Shown here piece by piece: positions 1 to 10,150 of a stretch of DNA of 64,000 nucleotides. Below the pieces are notes generated by a model. The model worked only from the letters and a program-made list of their open reading frames with translations, ran no database searches and was not told the DNA's origin. The DNA is from Promethearchaeota archaeon (GTDB lineage: Archaea > Asgardarchaeota > Lokiarchaeia > Sigyniarchaeales > SOKP01): NCBI GenBank assembly GCA_048941265.1, contig JBHLNT010000006.1, forward strand, positions 6,987 to 70,986, read 5' to 3'. A program made the translations under genes and the position numbers. Each line of letters starts with the position of its first letter. The stretch's first letter is position 1.

Positions 1-197
1 CGCATCTTCATCGCATCGTTACCAACATACACTGATCGAGCTCCTACATCAACCATAACGGACTTATATTTTTCAGTACCGGTTATGCATGGAAATACAA
101 AACGCGGGGACGGTTCACCAGCAAAACCAACTTTGATATAAGCACTTCCGATATCAATTATTATTGGTGTTCCTGGAAGCGGTATTGCATACATCAT
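1..197 (-). CDS. Actin-family protein, N-terminal 65 aa (gene continues past the left edge)
   Basis: Reverse complement of 1-197 translates to MMYAIPLPGTPIIIDIGSAYIKVGFAGEPSPRFVFPCITGTEKYKSVMVDVGARSVYVGNDAMKMR. This matches the actin N-terminal pattern (xxDxGSxxxKxGFAGxxxPRxVFPsxxG ... YVGdeA). It is absent from the ORF track because it is truncated. Confidence 0.85.
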   Translation of the reverse strand, partial: MMYAIPLPGTPIIIDIGSAYIKVGFAGEPSPRFVFPCITGTEKYKSVMVDVGARSVYVGNDAMKM

Positions 198-315
198 CGA
201 TTCTTTCTTTTATAGTTTTGTTCTTAATTATCAAAAATAATATGGTTTTTTTTAATTTTATTTATTTTTTTATTCTTTTCTTTATTAATTAAAATTTATT
301 AATTAAAATTTATAC

Positions 316-738
316 TTACTTTAAATATTCAAGGAGTTTTTTTAAAATTATTTTTTCCAAAACTAAACCAATTAATTCGTTACTAGTATCTTTAACTACA
401 GGTAATCGTTCTATATTATTTTCGAACATAATTTCTAAAGCTTTTTTTATCGTATCATTTTGCTTCACTACAAATGGTTCTGGCGTCATTAAATTTTTAA
501 CTATAGTTTTTGATGACTCTAAACTTATGGCAAATCTAGCCAATCTTATATCTCTTTGTGTGATAATTCCGATAACTTTCATATTATTATCGACGACAGG
601 AAGCCCATTAATATTCTTTCTTAACATTAATAATTCCGTCTTTGAAATCTTTTCATCGAGGGTTGTATAAAGGGGGTTTTTGATCATTATTTCAGATACT
701 TTTAAATCTCCGAAGGTTTTTAAACGGTCTTCTCCCAT
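316..738 (-). CDS. CBS-domain pair protein
   Basis: 140 aa with two CBS-like units (VSEIMIKNPLYTT...GLPVVD and VKNLMTPEPFVV...RLPVV). Confidence 0.8.
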   Translation of the reverse strand: MGEDRLKTFGDLKVSEIMIKNPLYTTLDEKISKTELLMLRKNINGLPVVDNNMKVIGIITQRDIRLARFAISLESSKTIVKNLMTPEPFVVKQNDTIKKALEIMFENNIERLPVVKDTSNELIGLVLEKIILKKLLEYLK

Positions 739-830
739 GTTGACACATCTAATACAATTTTATGTGACGTTAAATATCTAAATGATAATGATTAAAGAAA
801 ATAATCAATATTAGAATTAAAATCTAGTTA

Positions 831-1211
831 TCAATTCATTTTTAAGCTATCTTTGAGTTTTCTCTCGATTTTACCGACTTCTAATAGCAATTCAGTATAT
901 GCTTTTAGAAGATATTTCCCAAATTCATTAAGTCGAACCCATCCTCCTCCTCCACGACCACCTTTACCCGTTTCAACTGGAGAAATACCCGTTCGTTTTT
1001 CAATCCTTTTTAAAATGTTCCAAGCATATTTATAAGAATAATTACACTCTTTCGCAGCTTGTGTGAGAGAACCACTCTCATGTTCATCAATACTTTTTAA
1101 TAAATTTGCCCACCCAGAACCTAAAATACTCTTATTCTCGAATTCCAACCAAATTTTTATACCAAAACCCATTTTTTTTTTAAATTTTTCAAGATCGGGT
1201 TCTCCTTCCAT
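831..1211 (-). CDS. ModE-N-terminal-like winged-helix regulator (molybdate/tungstate-responsive family)
   Basis: GSLTQAAKECNYSYKYAWNILKRIEKRTGISPVETGKGGRGGGGWVRLNEFGKYLL resembles the ModE N-terminal HTH, including the GGxGGGG loop. Confidence 0.65.
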   Translation of the reverse strand: MEGEPDLEKFKKKMGFGIKIWLEFENKSILGSGWANLLKSIDEHESGSLTQAAKECNYSYKYAWNILKRIEKRTGISPVETGKGGRGGGGWVRLNEFGKYLLKAYTELLLEVGKIERKLKDSLKMN

Positions 1212-1309
1212 AAATAAAGATTGTTTTTGGAATATATTAACTTTTATAAAGATAAAACATTAAAATAAAGCAAATTTTATCTCTTTAAATAAAAAAAGGA
1301 AAAATAGGC

Positions 1310-2059
1310 ATGTTCTTATCGGGAGGAAGTTCAGCAAAAAAGGGTAAAGAGGTTATTAAAAACGTCTATTACTTCTCTGAAGATGCTATGCTGGATTGTA
1401 ATCAATATTGCATTCTAGATCAAGAATCTGGTGAAATTACTCTTTTTGATGCTGGTAATGGAGTATCCTTAAAAGCTCTTTTAGCTGGCATGAAAAATTT
1501 GGGCTTAGAATTTGAAAACATAACTAAAGTATTTCTTACCCATGAGCATGTGGATCATGTTTTGGGACTCTATCCTTTAATGAAGTTAATGAATAAAGAT
1601 CCCCCTCAAATATTTGCTTATGGAAAGACAGCAGAAATCTTAAACAATGGAGAAGAATCAAAAATTTTTCCTACAGCATTAGGCATCACCCCCAAAATGT
1701 TTGGACTTGAAATTATCCCTCTTAAAGTATTTGATTTAAAACAACAGTCAGAAATTAAAATTAATACTGAATTTATATTTCAAATACATTATACTCCCGG
1801 TCATTCATTAGGGTCTGTTAGTTATTATGAACCATCAAAAAAAATATTAATACCTGGAGATTTAGTCTTTTGTGGCGGCTCATTTGGACGTTATGATTTT
1901 CCAGGGGGCTCATTAACTACTCTCCAAAATTCAATCAAATATGTTAATAATTTAGATGTTAAATATCTTTTACCCGGTCACATGGGAATTAGTGAAAGTG
2001 GAAATCAGCAAATTGAATTTTCCTGCAGAATGGTTATGTCAATTAGAGATTTTTTTTAA
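1310..2059 (+). CDS. MBL-fold metallo-hydrolase
   Basis: Contains the HxHxDH motif (THEHVDHV), a later HTPGHS, and a C-terminal PGH. Confidence 0.8.
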   Translation: MFLSGGSSAKKGKEVIKNVYYFSEDAMLDCNQYCILDQESGEITLFDAGNGVSLKALLAGMKNLGLEFENITKVFLTHEHVDHVLGLYPLMKLMNKDPPQIFAYGKTAEILNNGEESKIFPTALGITPKMFGLEIIPLKVFDLKQQSEIKINTEFIFQIHYTPGHSLGSVSYYEPSKKILIPGDLVFCGGSFGRYDFPGGSLTTLQNSIKYVNNLDVKYLLPGHMGISESGNQQIEFSCRMVMSIRDFF

Positions 2060-2273
2060 TTTTCTTAATATTAAAATTTTTTAAAATTATTAGAACTTAG
2101 TATATATGTGTTAAAAGTCTATTTTGCTTTATTTTTAGACCTTATTTTTAATATTTTTACGCTTTATATTTTCAAGCGTTTAATTTTTAAAAGCATTATT
2201 AATTTATATATGAAAGCACAATATGATATTTTAACTAAGTTAATGATTTATCTAAAAATCAAAATTAAAAGTC

Positions 2274-2951
2274 GTGATTTTAATGGCAGATGAAAAAAAG
2301 AAAACCCAGCCAGTGAAAATGGTTATTTTGAGAAGTTACCCTAAGGTGATATTCTTTTATCCCTTATTCTTTACTTCTTTGATATTATGGCCAATTCAAT
2401 TCGTATTAAATACTCCTGCTCAATGGCTGGGAGCATTCTGGATGATAATTTTTTTTTGCAATTTGTTCGTAATCGCATTTGACTTTTCCTCTTCTAAATT
2501 TTTCATATTAATCTTGGCTATCGTAATTTTTATACTTCTAGGAATATTCTTTATTTATCCTATATTTCCATGGCCCAGTATTTCTGAAATTGAATTCAAC
2601 CTCGGAATTACGTATCAGTTTTACATGACGATGACAATTATCTTAGGTATCGTTTTATTTTTTGTTATATTGAATACTTATTTTGATTATTGGAAAGTGG
2701 AAAGAAACGAAATTTATCATAAGAAGGGTATATTTAGTGCCGCTGACAGATATCCGGTAACAAACTTAAGGATTAAAAAATCAATACCTGACGTATTTGA
2801 ATTTTTCATCTTGAGAGCTGGAACAATTGTGTTAATGCCTGGAAGATCTGATGAATTAATTGTATTACACACTGTTCTAAATATAAATAAGAAATCAGAA
2901 CAAATTGATTATCTACTTAGCGAGATATCTGTGGAGGATGCAGAAAAATAA
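2274..2951 (+). CDS. Polytopic membrane protein with C-terminal bacterial-PH (bPH)-like domain
   Basis: Several hydrophobic helices are followed by YWKVERNEIYHKKGIFSAADRYPVTNLRIKK...ILRAGTIVL, a YdbS/YdbT-like pattern. The assignment is tentative. Confidence 0.35.
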   Translation: MILMADEKKKTQPVKMVILRSYPKVIFFYPLFFTSLILWPIQFVLNTPAQWLGAFWMIIFFCNLFVIAFDFSSSKFFILILAIVIFILLGIFFIYPIFPWPSISEIEFNLGITYQFYMTMTIILGIVLFFVILNTYFDYWKVERNEIYHKKGIFSAADRYPVTNLRIKKSIPDVFEFFILRAGTIVLMPGRSDELIVLHTVLNINKKSEQIDYLLSEISVEDAEK

Positions 2952-3121
2952 AATTCAAGTCTAATTTATTTTTTTCTCTTTTATTATTATTTACAACAAA
3001 GTGTTAATAATCTTGGCATTTGCTCAACTTTTAATATTAGATAATCTAATTATATTCTTTTTTATATTTCAATTAAAATCGTTAGATTTAAGTGTAAAAT
3101 CATATTTTATAAATACATTTT

Positions 3122-3853
3122 ATGGCAATACCAATTATAGTGTTATTTGACTTAGATGGTGTTGTTTTAACTCAAAAAGCACTTGAATATACTGCTTTAA
3201 TGCATCTTAGGAAAAAGTTTTATAATTGGCAAAATATCGAAAATTTCCGACTGATTGACTTTGCAAGAATTTTTGAAGAATCAGATTCTAAGAATAGACT
3301 AAAAGCACTCAAAAAGGCAAATTTTTCATATAAATCGATTATTCCTAATAAAATTAAGAGATTAATCTTTTTTATGAGTTTTCGACTTACTTATAAGAAA
3401 TATGAGAAAATGTACGAGAAGGTAAATCCCCAATTACACTCAATTTTAATTAAATTTAAAAATTTTGGGATTATTTCCGGTATTGTATCAAATACCAGTA
3501 GAAAAAGATTAATATACTATAAATCAAATTTTGATTTGGATGAGTATATCTCTATTTTTATTTCACGAGATAATATCTCGGTAAGAAAACCCCATCCTTA
3601 CCCTATAATATTCGCATTAAAAGAAATAAAGGAAATGTTTAAACTTCCAATTATTAATAAAAAAAAAGTTTATTACGTTGGTGATCTCTCATCAGATATT
3701 ATATGTGCTAAGGCTGCAAAAGTTAATAGTATTGCATTACTCTCTGGACATGGTACGGAAAAACAATTAAGGAATTCAAAACCAGATTATATTATTAAAG
3801 AAATTAAAGATATGCTGAAGATTGAACCGTTCAAAAAATTATTATCCGATTAA
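3122..3853 (+). CDS. HAD-superfamily hydrolase
   Basis: Motif I is LFDLDGVV, the motif III Lys region is RKPHP, and motif IV is VGDLSSDI. Confidence 0.75.
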   Translation: MAIPIIVLFDLDGVVLTQKALEYTALMHLRKKFYNWQNIENFRLIDFARIFEESDSKNRLKALKKANFSYKSIIPNKIKRLIFFMSFRLTYKKYEKMYEKVNPQLHSILIKFKNFGIISGIVSNTSRKRLIYYKSNFDLDEYISIFISRDNISVRKPHPYPIIFALKEIKEMFKLPIINKKKVYYVGDLSSDIICAKAAKVNSIALLSGHGTEKQLRNSKPDYIIKEIKDMLKIEPFKKLLSD

Positions 3854-3871
3854 ACTTTAGATTATATAGAT

Positions 3872-6592
3872 ATGTTTAATTTGGAAGATTTTTATGATTA
3901 TAAGGAAATCGAACCGCTAATTATAAGGTTAAATAAGTTTATATCTAAAGAAAAAATTGTAAAGATCCAAAAAACCATCAAACAACTTGAAAATTTATTA
4001 GAAGAAAGCGATTTCCGTATTCCAATAACTTATATTTTAAGTATATTAGCTGAAAATTATATTGAATTAATTTCTTCAGATTTAATTAACAAACTTGAAC
4101 CATTTCTTAAAGCTAAAAATGAGAAACTAAAAGTGAATTCGATAATTATTTTGGGATTTTATATTCTTGGAAATGCTAATTTAATAAAAAAATACTTTTC
4201 AATTTTTATTCAGTTATTAATTAATGATTCTGAAGATGTTAAAGATAATGCTCATTATTTTTTACATGAATTCGTAAAGGAGTCACCCACCTCAATTTAT
4301 TCTCATGTTAATATACTTCTAGACGCCTTGAAATTAGAAAAAAAGAAAGAGAACATCATTTCTCTATTACACTTTCTTCAATATATCAACGAATTAGATT
4401 TCAAGCAACTTTATAGGTTTAGAGAGAGCGCAAAAGAATTAATGCAGAGTGATGTTAGCGCTGAATCACCTGAAATTTTAAAATATTTGGAAATTTTATT
4501 TAAAAGATTTTTTCCCTCCTTAAAAGAAATTGATTTTAGGAATTTAAAAACAGAGGATTCATTAAAGCTATTAGATGGCCAATTTTTAATGAAGAAACTT
4601 AATATTTCAGAGATAGCCCAAGAAAAAAATATGAATATTAAGAATCTTTTAGAAAAAATTAAAAAATCACGACTAAAAGACGTAGAAATATATTTTTATA
4701 TAAAGGATAAAAAAAAGAATGAAATATATTTTTATGAACTAGAAAAAAATAAGCTTTATAACATTTTTAACACTGATAATAAGATATCATATCAAAAATT
4801 AAAAGAAACTTTTTCTCAAATAATAGAAAATGATTCAGAGTTAGAATTATTTATAGCTACTTTACTCAATTTAAATCTTATTAAAGGATATATTTCAAAA
4901 TTTAACTTCTATCCTTATGAATACCTTAAATCTGATATTAACAATCAATTTCTTAAAAAGGGGCATATAAATATAAAAAAACAATATGATTTTTTACCTG
5001 CTAGCTTTGTTCACGATATTATTGCTGATTTGAATCAAGAATTTTTAATGGGAACAAATTTGCAAGTATACTATTCATTAAAAAAAATTATTCAGCAAAT
5101 AAATAGAGTGGCAGCTAATAATAGCGTCATAGATCTTAAATCTTATCGACAAAAATTATTAGAACAGGATTTTATTAAATTAATCAAAAACTTACCACGA
5201 GATTATCTAACTAATTTTCATAAAGGAACATCTTGGTTAACCAACATTGGAAGAATTCGAGTTGAAGATGAGATTAATAATTCAAAATTAATAGGATTTA
5301 TAGATATGATAAAAATTTCAGAAAAATTAAAAATTAATAAATTATTGCTAATGGATATCTTAACCTCAAATATTGACCCAAGAAGCGGGATTTGGGATAA
5401 GAATAAAGAGATTTTCTACTTTTCGAAATATTTAAATAGTCGAATTGAAGAAATTAACCGAAATTCTGATGAAACTAGTAAAAAAGAACAAATTAATAAA
5501 GTTGCTGAAGAGCTTAATATAGATATTGATCATATCCTTTCAAAAATTGATGAAAATCTCAAATCAATAGGGGAAGAAATAAAAAGAAAAGATGAGATTA
5601 ATATCCTAGAATATACTGAAAAAACAGGAATGAATTATGATGTTTTTTTCAGTTTTATTAATGAGTTAGGGTTAAATTACTTTATCAAAGGAGATCAGCT
5701 GATTTTAAGTCCAAAAAAGATTGAAGAAGCAAAAAATAATATTAAATATAACTTAATTGATAGAGCAAAATCTGCTAAGCTAATTTCATTAGGGAATTTT
5801 GGAATAAATTCAGATTTAATTAAAGAACTTATTAGTGAATTAAAAAAAGATGGCAAGTTACAAGGAATTTTTCATGAAGAAGCGGGAGAAATTGTTTTTT
5901 ATACATTAAAGGGAATTCGCGATTTAATGTTAGAAAATAGTTTCCTCTTTTCATTCGAAGATCTTTTTTACGGAAAAGAATTAAATGAGGATGAAATAAG
6001 TTTATTGAAAGAATTATTAGAAAATCTAATAAAGGAGAGGAAATTAAAAGGTACTTTTGATATTAAAACAAATACATTTTCAAGCGAAGAACTATTGTTT
6101 GAATTTGATTATAATACTGTAATAGATGATTTTAGAAAAGTCGTGAATAAACACATAAAAAAATTTACCATAGAATTTCAGAAAATTAAGCAAATATTGT
6201 CTAAACAAGATGAGACAATATTCCCTCAAGAAATAAAAATCATTCAAGATACAATTGATAGAATTAACTTAAATTATGTAAAATGGAGGGCTCAACTAAA
6301 TGCTTATGTAATTGAAGCTAATAAAAAATTGCTCCAAAACCAAGGATTTAGTTTTAAGAGATATCAAAACCTACCAGCTGAAAAAAAAAATGACGTGAAG
6401 ATCTTTAAAGAGGATCCAGATGTTTATGAGTTATTAGATAAATTTGAACAATGGGTAAAAGTATTTAACGAAATTGAACAAAATTATGGAAAAATAATTT
6501 TTCTTCAAAAACGATTGATAAATAACCCAGAAGATAAAGAAGCTAAAAATAACCTTAATGAGCTGCTGGTAAATTTAAGTTTAAATTCTTAA
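3872..6592 (+). CDS. Large (906 aa) Lys/Glu/Asn-rich hypothetical protein with a helical-repeat N-terminus and repeated winged-helix-like modules
   Basis: Long uninterrupted ORF with no family motif that I recognise. See findings. Confidence 0.5.
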   Translation: MFNLEDFYDYKEIEPLIIRLNKFISKEKIVKIQKTIKQLENLLEESDFRIPITYILSILAENYIELISSDLINKLEPFLKAKNEKLKVNSIIILGFYILGNANLIKKYFSIFIQLLINDSEDVKDNAHYFLHEFVKESPTSIYSHVNILLDALKLEKKKENIISLLHFLQYINELDFKQLYRFRESAKELMQSDVSAESPEILKYLEILFKRFFPSLKEIDFRNLKTEDSLKLLDGQFLMKKLNISEIAQEKNMNIKNLLEKIKKSRLKDVEIYFYIKDKKKNEIYFYELEKNKLYNIFNTDNKISYQKLKETFSQIIENDSELELFIATLLNLNLIKGYISKFNFYPYEYLKSDINNQFLKKGHINIKKQYDFLPASFVHDIIADLNQEFLMGTNLQVYYSLKKIIQQINRVAANNSVIDLKSYRQKLLEQDFIKLIKNLPRDYLTNFHKGTSWLTNIGRIRVEDEINNSKLIGFIDMIKISEKLKINKLLLMDILTSNIDPRSGIWDKNKEIFYFSKYLNSRIEEINRNSDETSKKEQINKVAEELNIDIDHILSKIDENLKSIGEEIKRKDEINILEYTEKTGMNYDVFFSFINELGLNYFIKGDQLILSPKKIEEAKNNIKYNLIDRAKSAKLISLGNFGINSDLIKELISELKKDGKLQGIFHEEAGEIVFYTLKGIRDLMLENSFLFSFEDLFYGKELNEDEISLLKELLENLIKERKLKGTFDIKTNTFSSEELLFEFDYNTVIDDFRKVVNKHIKKFTIEFQKIKQILSKQDETIFPQEIKIIQDTIDRINLNYVKWRAQLNAYVIEANKKLLQNQGFSFKRYQNLPAEKKNDVKIFKEDPDVYELLDKFEQWVKVFNEIEQNYGKIIFLQKRLINNPEDKEAKNNLNELLVNLSLNS

Positions 6593-6604
6593 ACGTTTTT
6601 TTGT

Positions 6605-6889
6605 CTATTTTTTATCTTTATCAATTTGATTGATAAACTTATCGACATCAATTTTATTTTCTACTTTAATTTTATACGTTTTTGGCTTCAATATACCATT
6701 TTCTTCAAGAATACCTTCCTTAGCAAGAAAATCAAGCGAACGCCAAATAAAATTAATTTTAGACCGGTTCGAAGATTTAATATTATAACATCTTCTAATC
6801 CTTTTAGTATTAACAATACAAACATTATTATCCATTAATTTATTAATAGCCTCAAGCGTCTCTTTAACGTTTTTCAAAAAAAAATCCAT
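6605..6889 (-). CDS. Small hypothetical protein (possible winged-helix)
   Basis: 94-aa ORF with ATG start. The opposite-strand ORF 6626-6838 is low-complexity. No recognisable motif. Confidence 0.4.
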   Translation of the reverse strand: MDFFLKNVKETLEAINKLMDNNVCIVNTKRIRRCYNIKSSNRSKINFIWRSLDFLAKEGILEENGILKPKTYKIKVENKIDVDKFINQIDKDKK

Positions 6890-7198
6890 TTAAGCTGAGT
6901 ACCTCGTAAAAGCTCTAAATTGAGATGTATAATAATTTTAATTAGTTAAATTATTCAAGTAAAAAATTGGGTTTAAAAGTGTGATTGATTATTATAGTAT
7001 ATAAATTTATATTTTTAGGAGTTTATATAGTTTTTTTCTTTAAAAAGGATTCTTTTTAATTAATGAAGCTTATTAAGATTTTAATTTTAATAACATAAAT
7101 CATGGAAAATCTGGAAGAATTCTAGATAAATGGCTCTGCATTTTGAAGATAATTTCTTTTTATAAAGGGAATTATGATATAAAAAACTAAAATATTAT

Positions 7199-8803
7199 TT
7201 AATGGCGAAATACTCTCTTTCCACAAAAGATTAGGGCACAACCTAGCTCATCAGCTCGTTTAATAATCATATCATCTCTTATAGAACCTCCGGGATTAAT
7301 TATTGCTTTTGCCCCTGCTTCTATTGCTGCTTCTAGACCATCCGGGAAGGGGAAAAACGAATCTGTTCCCATTAAGGAATTTTTAAGCTCTTCTTTATGC
7401 CCAAATTCTATGGCTTTTTGTATAGCTAATTTCACAACATGGACACGACTTTGCTGACCGGCACCAATTCCAATGGAATAAACTCCTGTATCATAAACTT
7501 GAGCAAAACAGGCGGAATTTGATTTGGCCCACTTAGATACTTTATACGCAAAAATTAAGGCTTCTTTTTCATTTTCATCAACCTGTTTTTTACTGACTAC
7601 ATTCCATTCTTTAATGACAGGTTTAAAGTCATATTCTTGAACTAGAACACCTCCCAAGGTGGAACGAATTTCAAAATTTTTATAAATCTCTTCCCTTTTA
7701 TCAAGTAGATCTCCGTACTCTAAAATTCTCATATTTTCTCTCGTTTTTAATATATCTAGAGCCTCAGGATCAAATGAGGGAGCAATAAGAACTTCTACAA
7801 ATATTTTTTCTTTATTTACAATAAAATCAGCAATTTCTCTGGTTAATTTTTGATTTACACCCCAAATTCCTCCAAATGCGGATAAGGGGTCGCAACTAAA
7901 AGCCATTTGAACGGATTTTAATTGGTCTTTTCTATCAATTGCTATCCCATTTGGAGAAGTATGCTTTAAAATAGCTGTTACGTAATGTTCCTTCCCAAAA
8001 TCTAGAAGCATCTGTAAACAAGCGTCAATATCCAAGTAATTATTAAAAGAAATTTCTTTTCCACTTAATTGCTTTAAATTATGAAGCCCATATTTAGCAG
8101 ATAAATCTCTATAATATGCTGCTGCTTGATCCCAATTTTCTCCGTATCTACAATCTTGGACTTTTTCATAAATTTTATATAATCTGGCTCCCATTTTCAC
8201 TTCGGGATTATAATAGTGCTGTAGATAATTAGCTATCGTAAAATTATAATCAGCCATAATCGCAAACACTTCTTGAGCTAAAGCAGCTCGAGTTTTTTCT
8301 GTTATTGCCCCTCTATTTTTTCTCATCTCGTTAATTATTTCATCATAATATTCGGGACTTGGAACCACAATAACATCCGGAAAATTCTTTGCAGCAGATC
8401 TAATCATCGTCGGACCTCCTATGTCAATCATCTCTAATGCTTCTTCTAAAGTGATATCTGGTTTCTCAATAGCTTCTTTAAACTGATATAAATTGCACAC
8501 CACCATATCAATTGGGCGGATATGAAATCTTTCTGCTTCATCTATATCTTTTTGAATATCTCGACGAAGTAAGATTCCTCCTTCTATCTTTGGGTGTAAA
8601 GTCTTAACTCTGCCATCAAACATTTCAGGAGACTGAGTATAATCCGAAATTTTTATATATTTTATTCCATTTTGTTCTAATAGTTTACCAGTGCCTCCAG
8701 TTGATAAAATTTCAACTTTAAATTCATTAATCAATACTTTTACAAATTCTAATAATTTGTTTTTATCAAATACACTTATAATTGCGCGTTCAATTTTTTT
8801 CAT
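7199..8803 (-). CDS. purH: Bifunctional AICAR transformylase / IMP cyclohydrolase
   Basis: The N-terminus MKKIERAIISVFDKNKL...STGGT...GRVKTLHPKIEGGIL is the MGS-like IMPCH domain, followed by a long AICARFT domain. I chose the ATG at 8803 over the TTG at 8827 used by the track. Confidence 0.9.
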   Translation of the reverse strand: MKKIERAIISVFDKNKLLEFVKVLINEFKVEILSTGGTGKLLEQNGIKYIKISDYTQSPEMFDGRVKTLHPKIEGGILLRRDIQKDIDEAERFHIRPIDMVVCNLYQFKEAIEKPDITLEEALEMIDIGGPTMIRSAAKNFPDVIVVPSPEYYDEIINEMRKNRGAITEKTRAALAQEVFAIMADYNFTIANYLQHYYNPEVKMGARLYKIYEKVQDCRYGENWDQAAAYYRDLSAKYGLHNLKQLSGKEISFNNYLDIDACLQMLLDFGKEHYVTAILKHTSPNGIAIDRKDQLKSVQMAFSCDPLSAFGGIWGVNQKLTREIADFIVNKEKIFVEVLIAPSFDPEALDILKTRENMRILEYGDLLDKREEIYKNFEIRSTLGGVLVQEYDFKPVIKEWNVVSKKQVDENEKEALIFAYKVSKWAKSNSACFAQVYDTGVYSIGIGAGQQSRVHVVKLAIQKAIEFGHKEELKNSLMGTDSFFPFPDGLEAAIEAGAKAIINPGGSIRDDMIIKRADELGCALIFCGKRVFRH

Positions 8804-8952
8804 GGAAACCAAACCTAATATAATCAATTGAAATTATAATAACATTTTAGATTAATATTCGATGGGGTTAAAACTTAATTAATTAGAGGTAAATAAAAAA
8901 AATGCTTAGAGCTTTGAATTTTAGAATGTTTTTATTAATTAAAATCTCTATT

Positions 8953-10008
8953 TTATTTTAGGTTGGGTAAATCTCTAATCACATCTTTTCCATGCTCGAC
9001 CAATTCCGGATTTTTGAGCAAATTTACACCACATTCTGTTAATATTGCTTTTTTCTCTTCTTCATTAAATATATTTGCTTCAAATCTTTGAAATTTGATA
9101 TATTCTATGGCCAAATTTGCTTTTAATAATTCATGAAAAATTAATCGTATATCCATATTACACCCTGCAATTAATAATTCATCAGTTTTGCGTTTAATGG
9201 CATTTTTGATAATCGATCCGATTGTAGCGCTGATCCGAGGGATTACATATTGCATAATTGAGGTTGTAGCTACTATAGCGACTTTTTGTAAAATATTTAT
9301 CCACCGATTATTATCAACATTATAAATAACCCAATCCACCTCAAATCCAAATTTTTTATCTGCTTCAATAAATTCTAGGTATTCAATTTCTTCAATTTCA
9401 TTATTAGCCTTGAATGCGAGACTAATTTCCCTTAATTCATCTATATATAGAATTTCTCCGTCTTGATTGGTATACTCTTTAATATTTTCTTTTGAAATTT
9501 GAAAAAGTTCAAAACACATAAGTATAGCAGTTTTGACTATACTTGAAGGATTTTTTATAGTTGATTTGAGGGTCTCAAGGGATTTTCTAGCCATTCTCAT
9601 GTATTCTAAGAGTTCATCTTGATTTTTAATATTAATTTTTGCCGCAAGTGCTTTAGGATCTTTATCGATAAATTCTAAAAATAAGCCTAAATTTTGTACT
9701 TGAGTCTGCTCGATTATATGATTTACATCCTTTTCTGATAAGCCTTTTTTAACTAAAAAGATTTTCAAAGGCCCTTCTCTTTCAGCTAATTTTACCTTCT
9801 TTTCTTCAACTTTTTCACGCAATTTTTTAACTGCTTTTATAACTCTTCTGTCTTTTTGATTATCAAGCTCATCAATATTAATTAATTTTTCTTCTTGAAA
9901 ACCTGGAAAAAATCTATCATCTAATTTTAAATTTTTAGGATCAAATTCTTCATTGGGGCTGAAAATTGTAGAAAATGCGAAACGCAAACTGCCTCTTACG
10001 TCAACCAT
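8953..10008 (-). CDS. Hypothetical protein
   Basis: Long ORF with no recognisable motif. The start is ambiguous: ATG at 10008 or TTG at 10050. Confidence 0.45.
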   Translation of the reverse strand: MVDVRGSLRFAFSTIFSPNEEFDPKNLKLDDRFFPGFQEEKLINIDELDNQKDRRVIKAVKKLREKVEEKKVKLAEREGPLKIFLVKKGLSEKDVNHIIEQTQVQNLGLFLEFIDKDPKALAAKINIKNQDELLEYMRMARKSLETLKSTIKNPSSIVKTAILMCFELFQISKENIKEYTNQDGEILYIDELREISLAFKANNEIEEIEYLEFIEADKKFGFEVDWVIYNVDNNRWINILQKVAIVATTSIMQYVIPRISATIGSIIKNAIKRKTDELLIAGCNMDIRLIFHELLKANLAIEYIKFQRFEANIFNEEEKKAILTECGVNLLKNPELVEHGKDVIRDLPNLK

Positions 10009-10150
10009 ACTTAATTCCCATTCATGTAGAAAATTTAATAAATAATACAAGAATTTGCTTATAATATTTTGTAAAATCTTTCTATTAAGTTTTAATTTAA
10101 AATAAAAGTCAACTTTAACTGAGAATTAGTATAAATAAGGATTTGATAAG

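Noticed and set aside
2108-2293. 61-aa ORF upstream of and overlapping the membrane protein gene
   Set aside because: It is an AT-rich, low-complexity, Ile/Leu/Lys/Phe-biased product with a non-ATG start. It most likely lies in the promoter or 5' region of 2274-2951.
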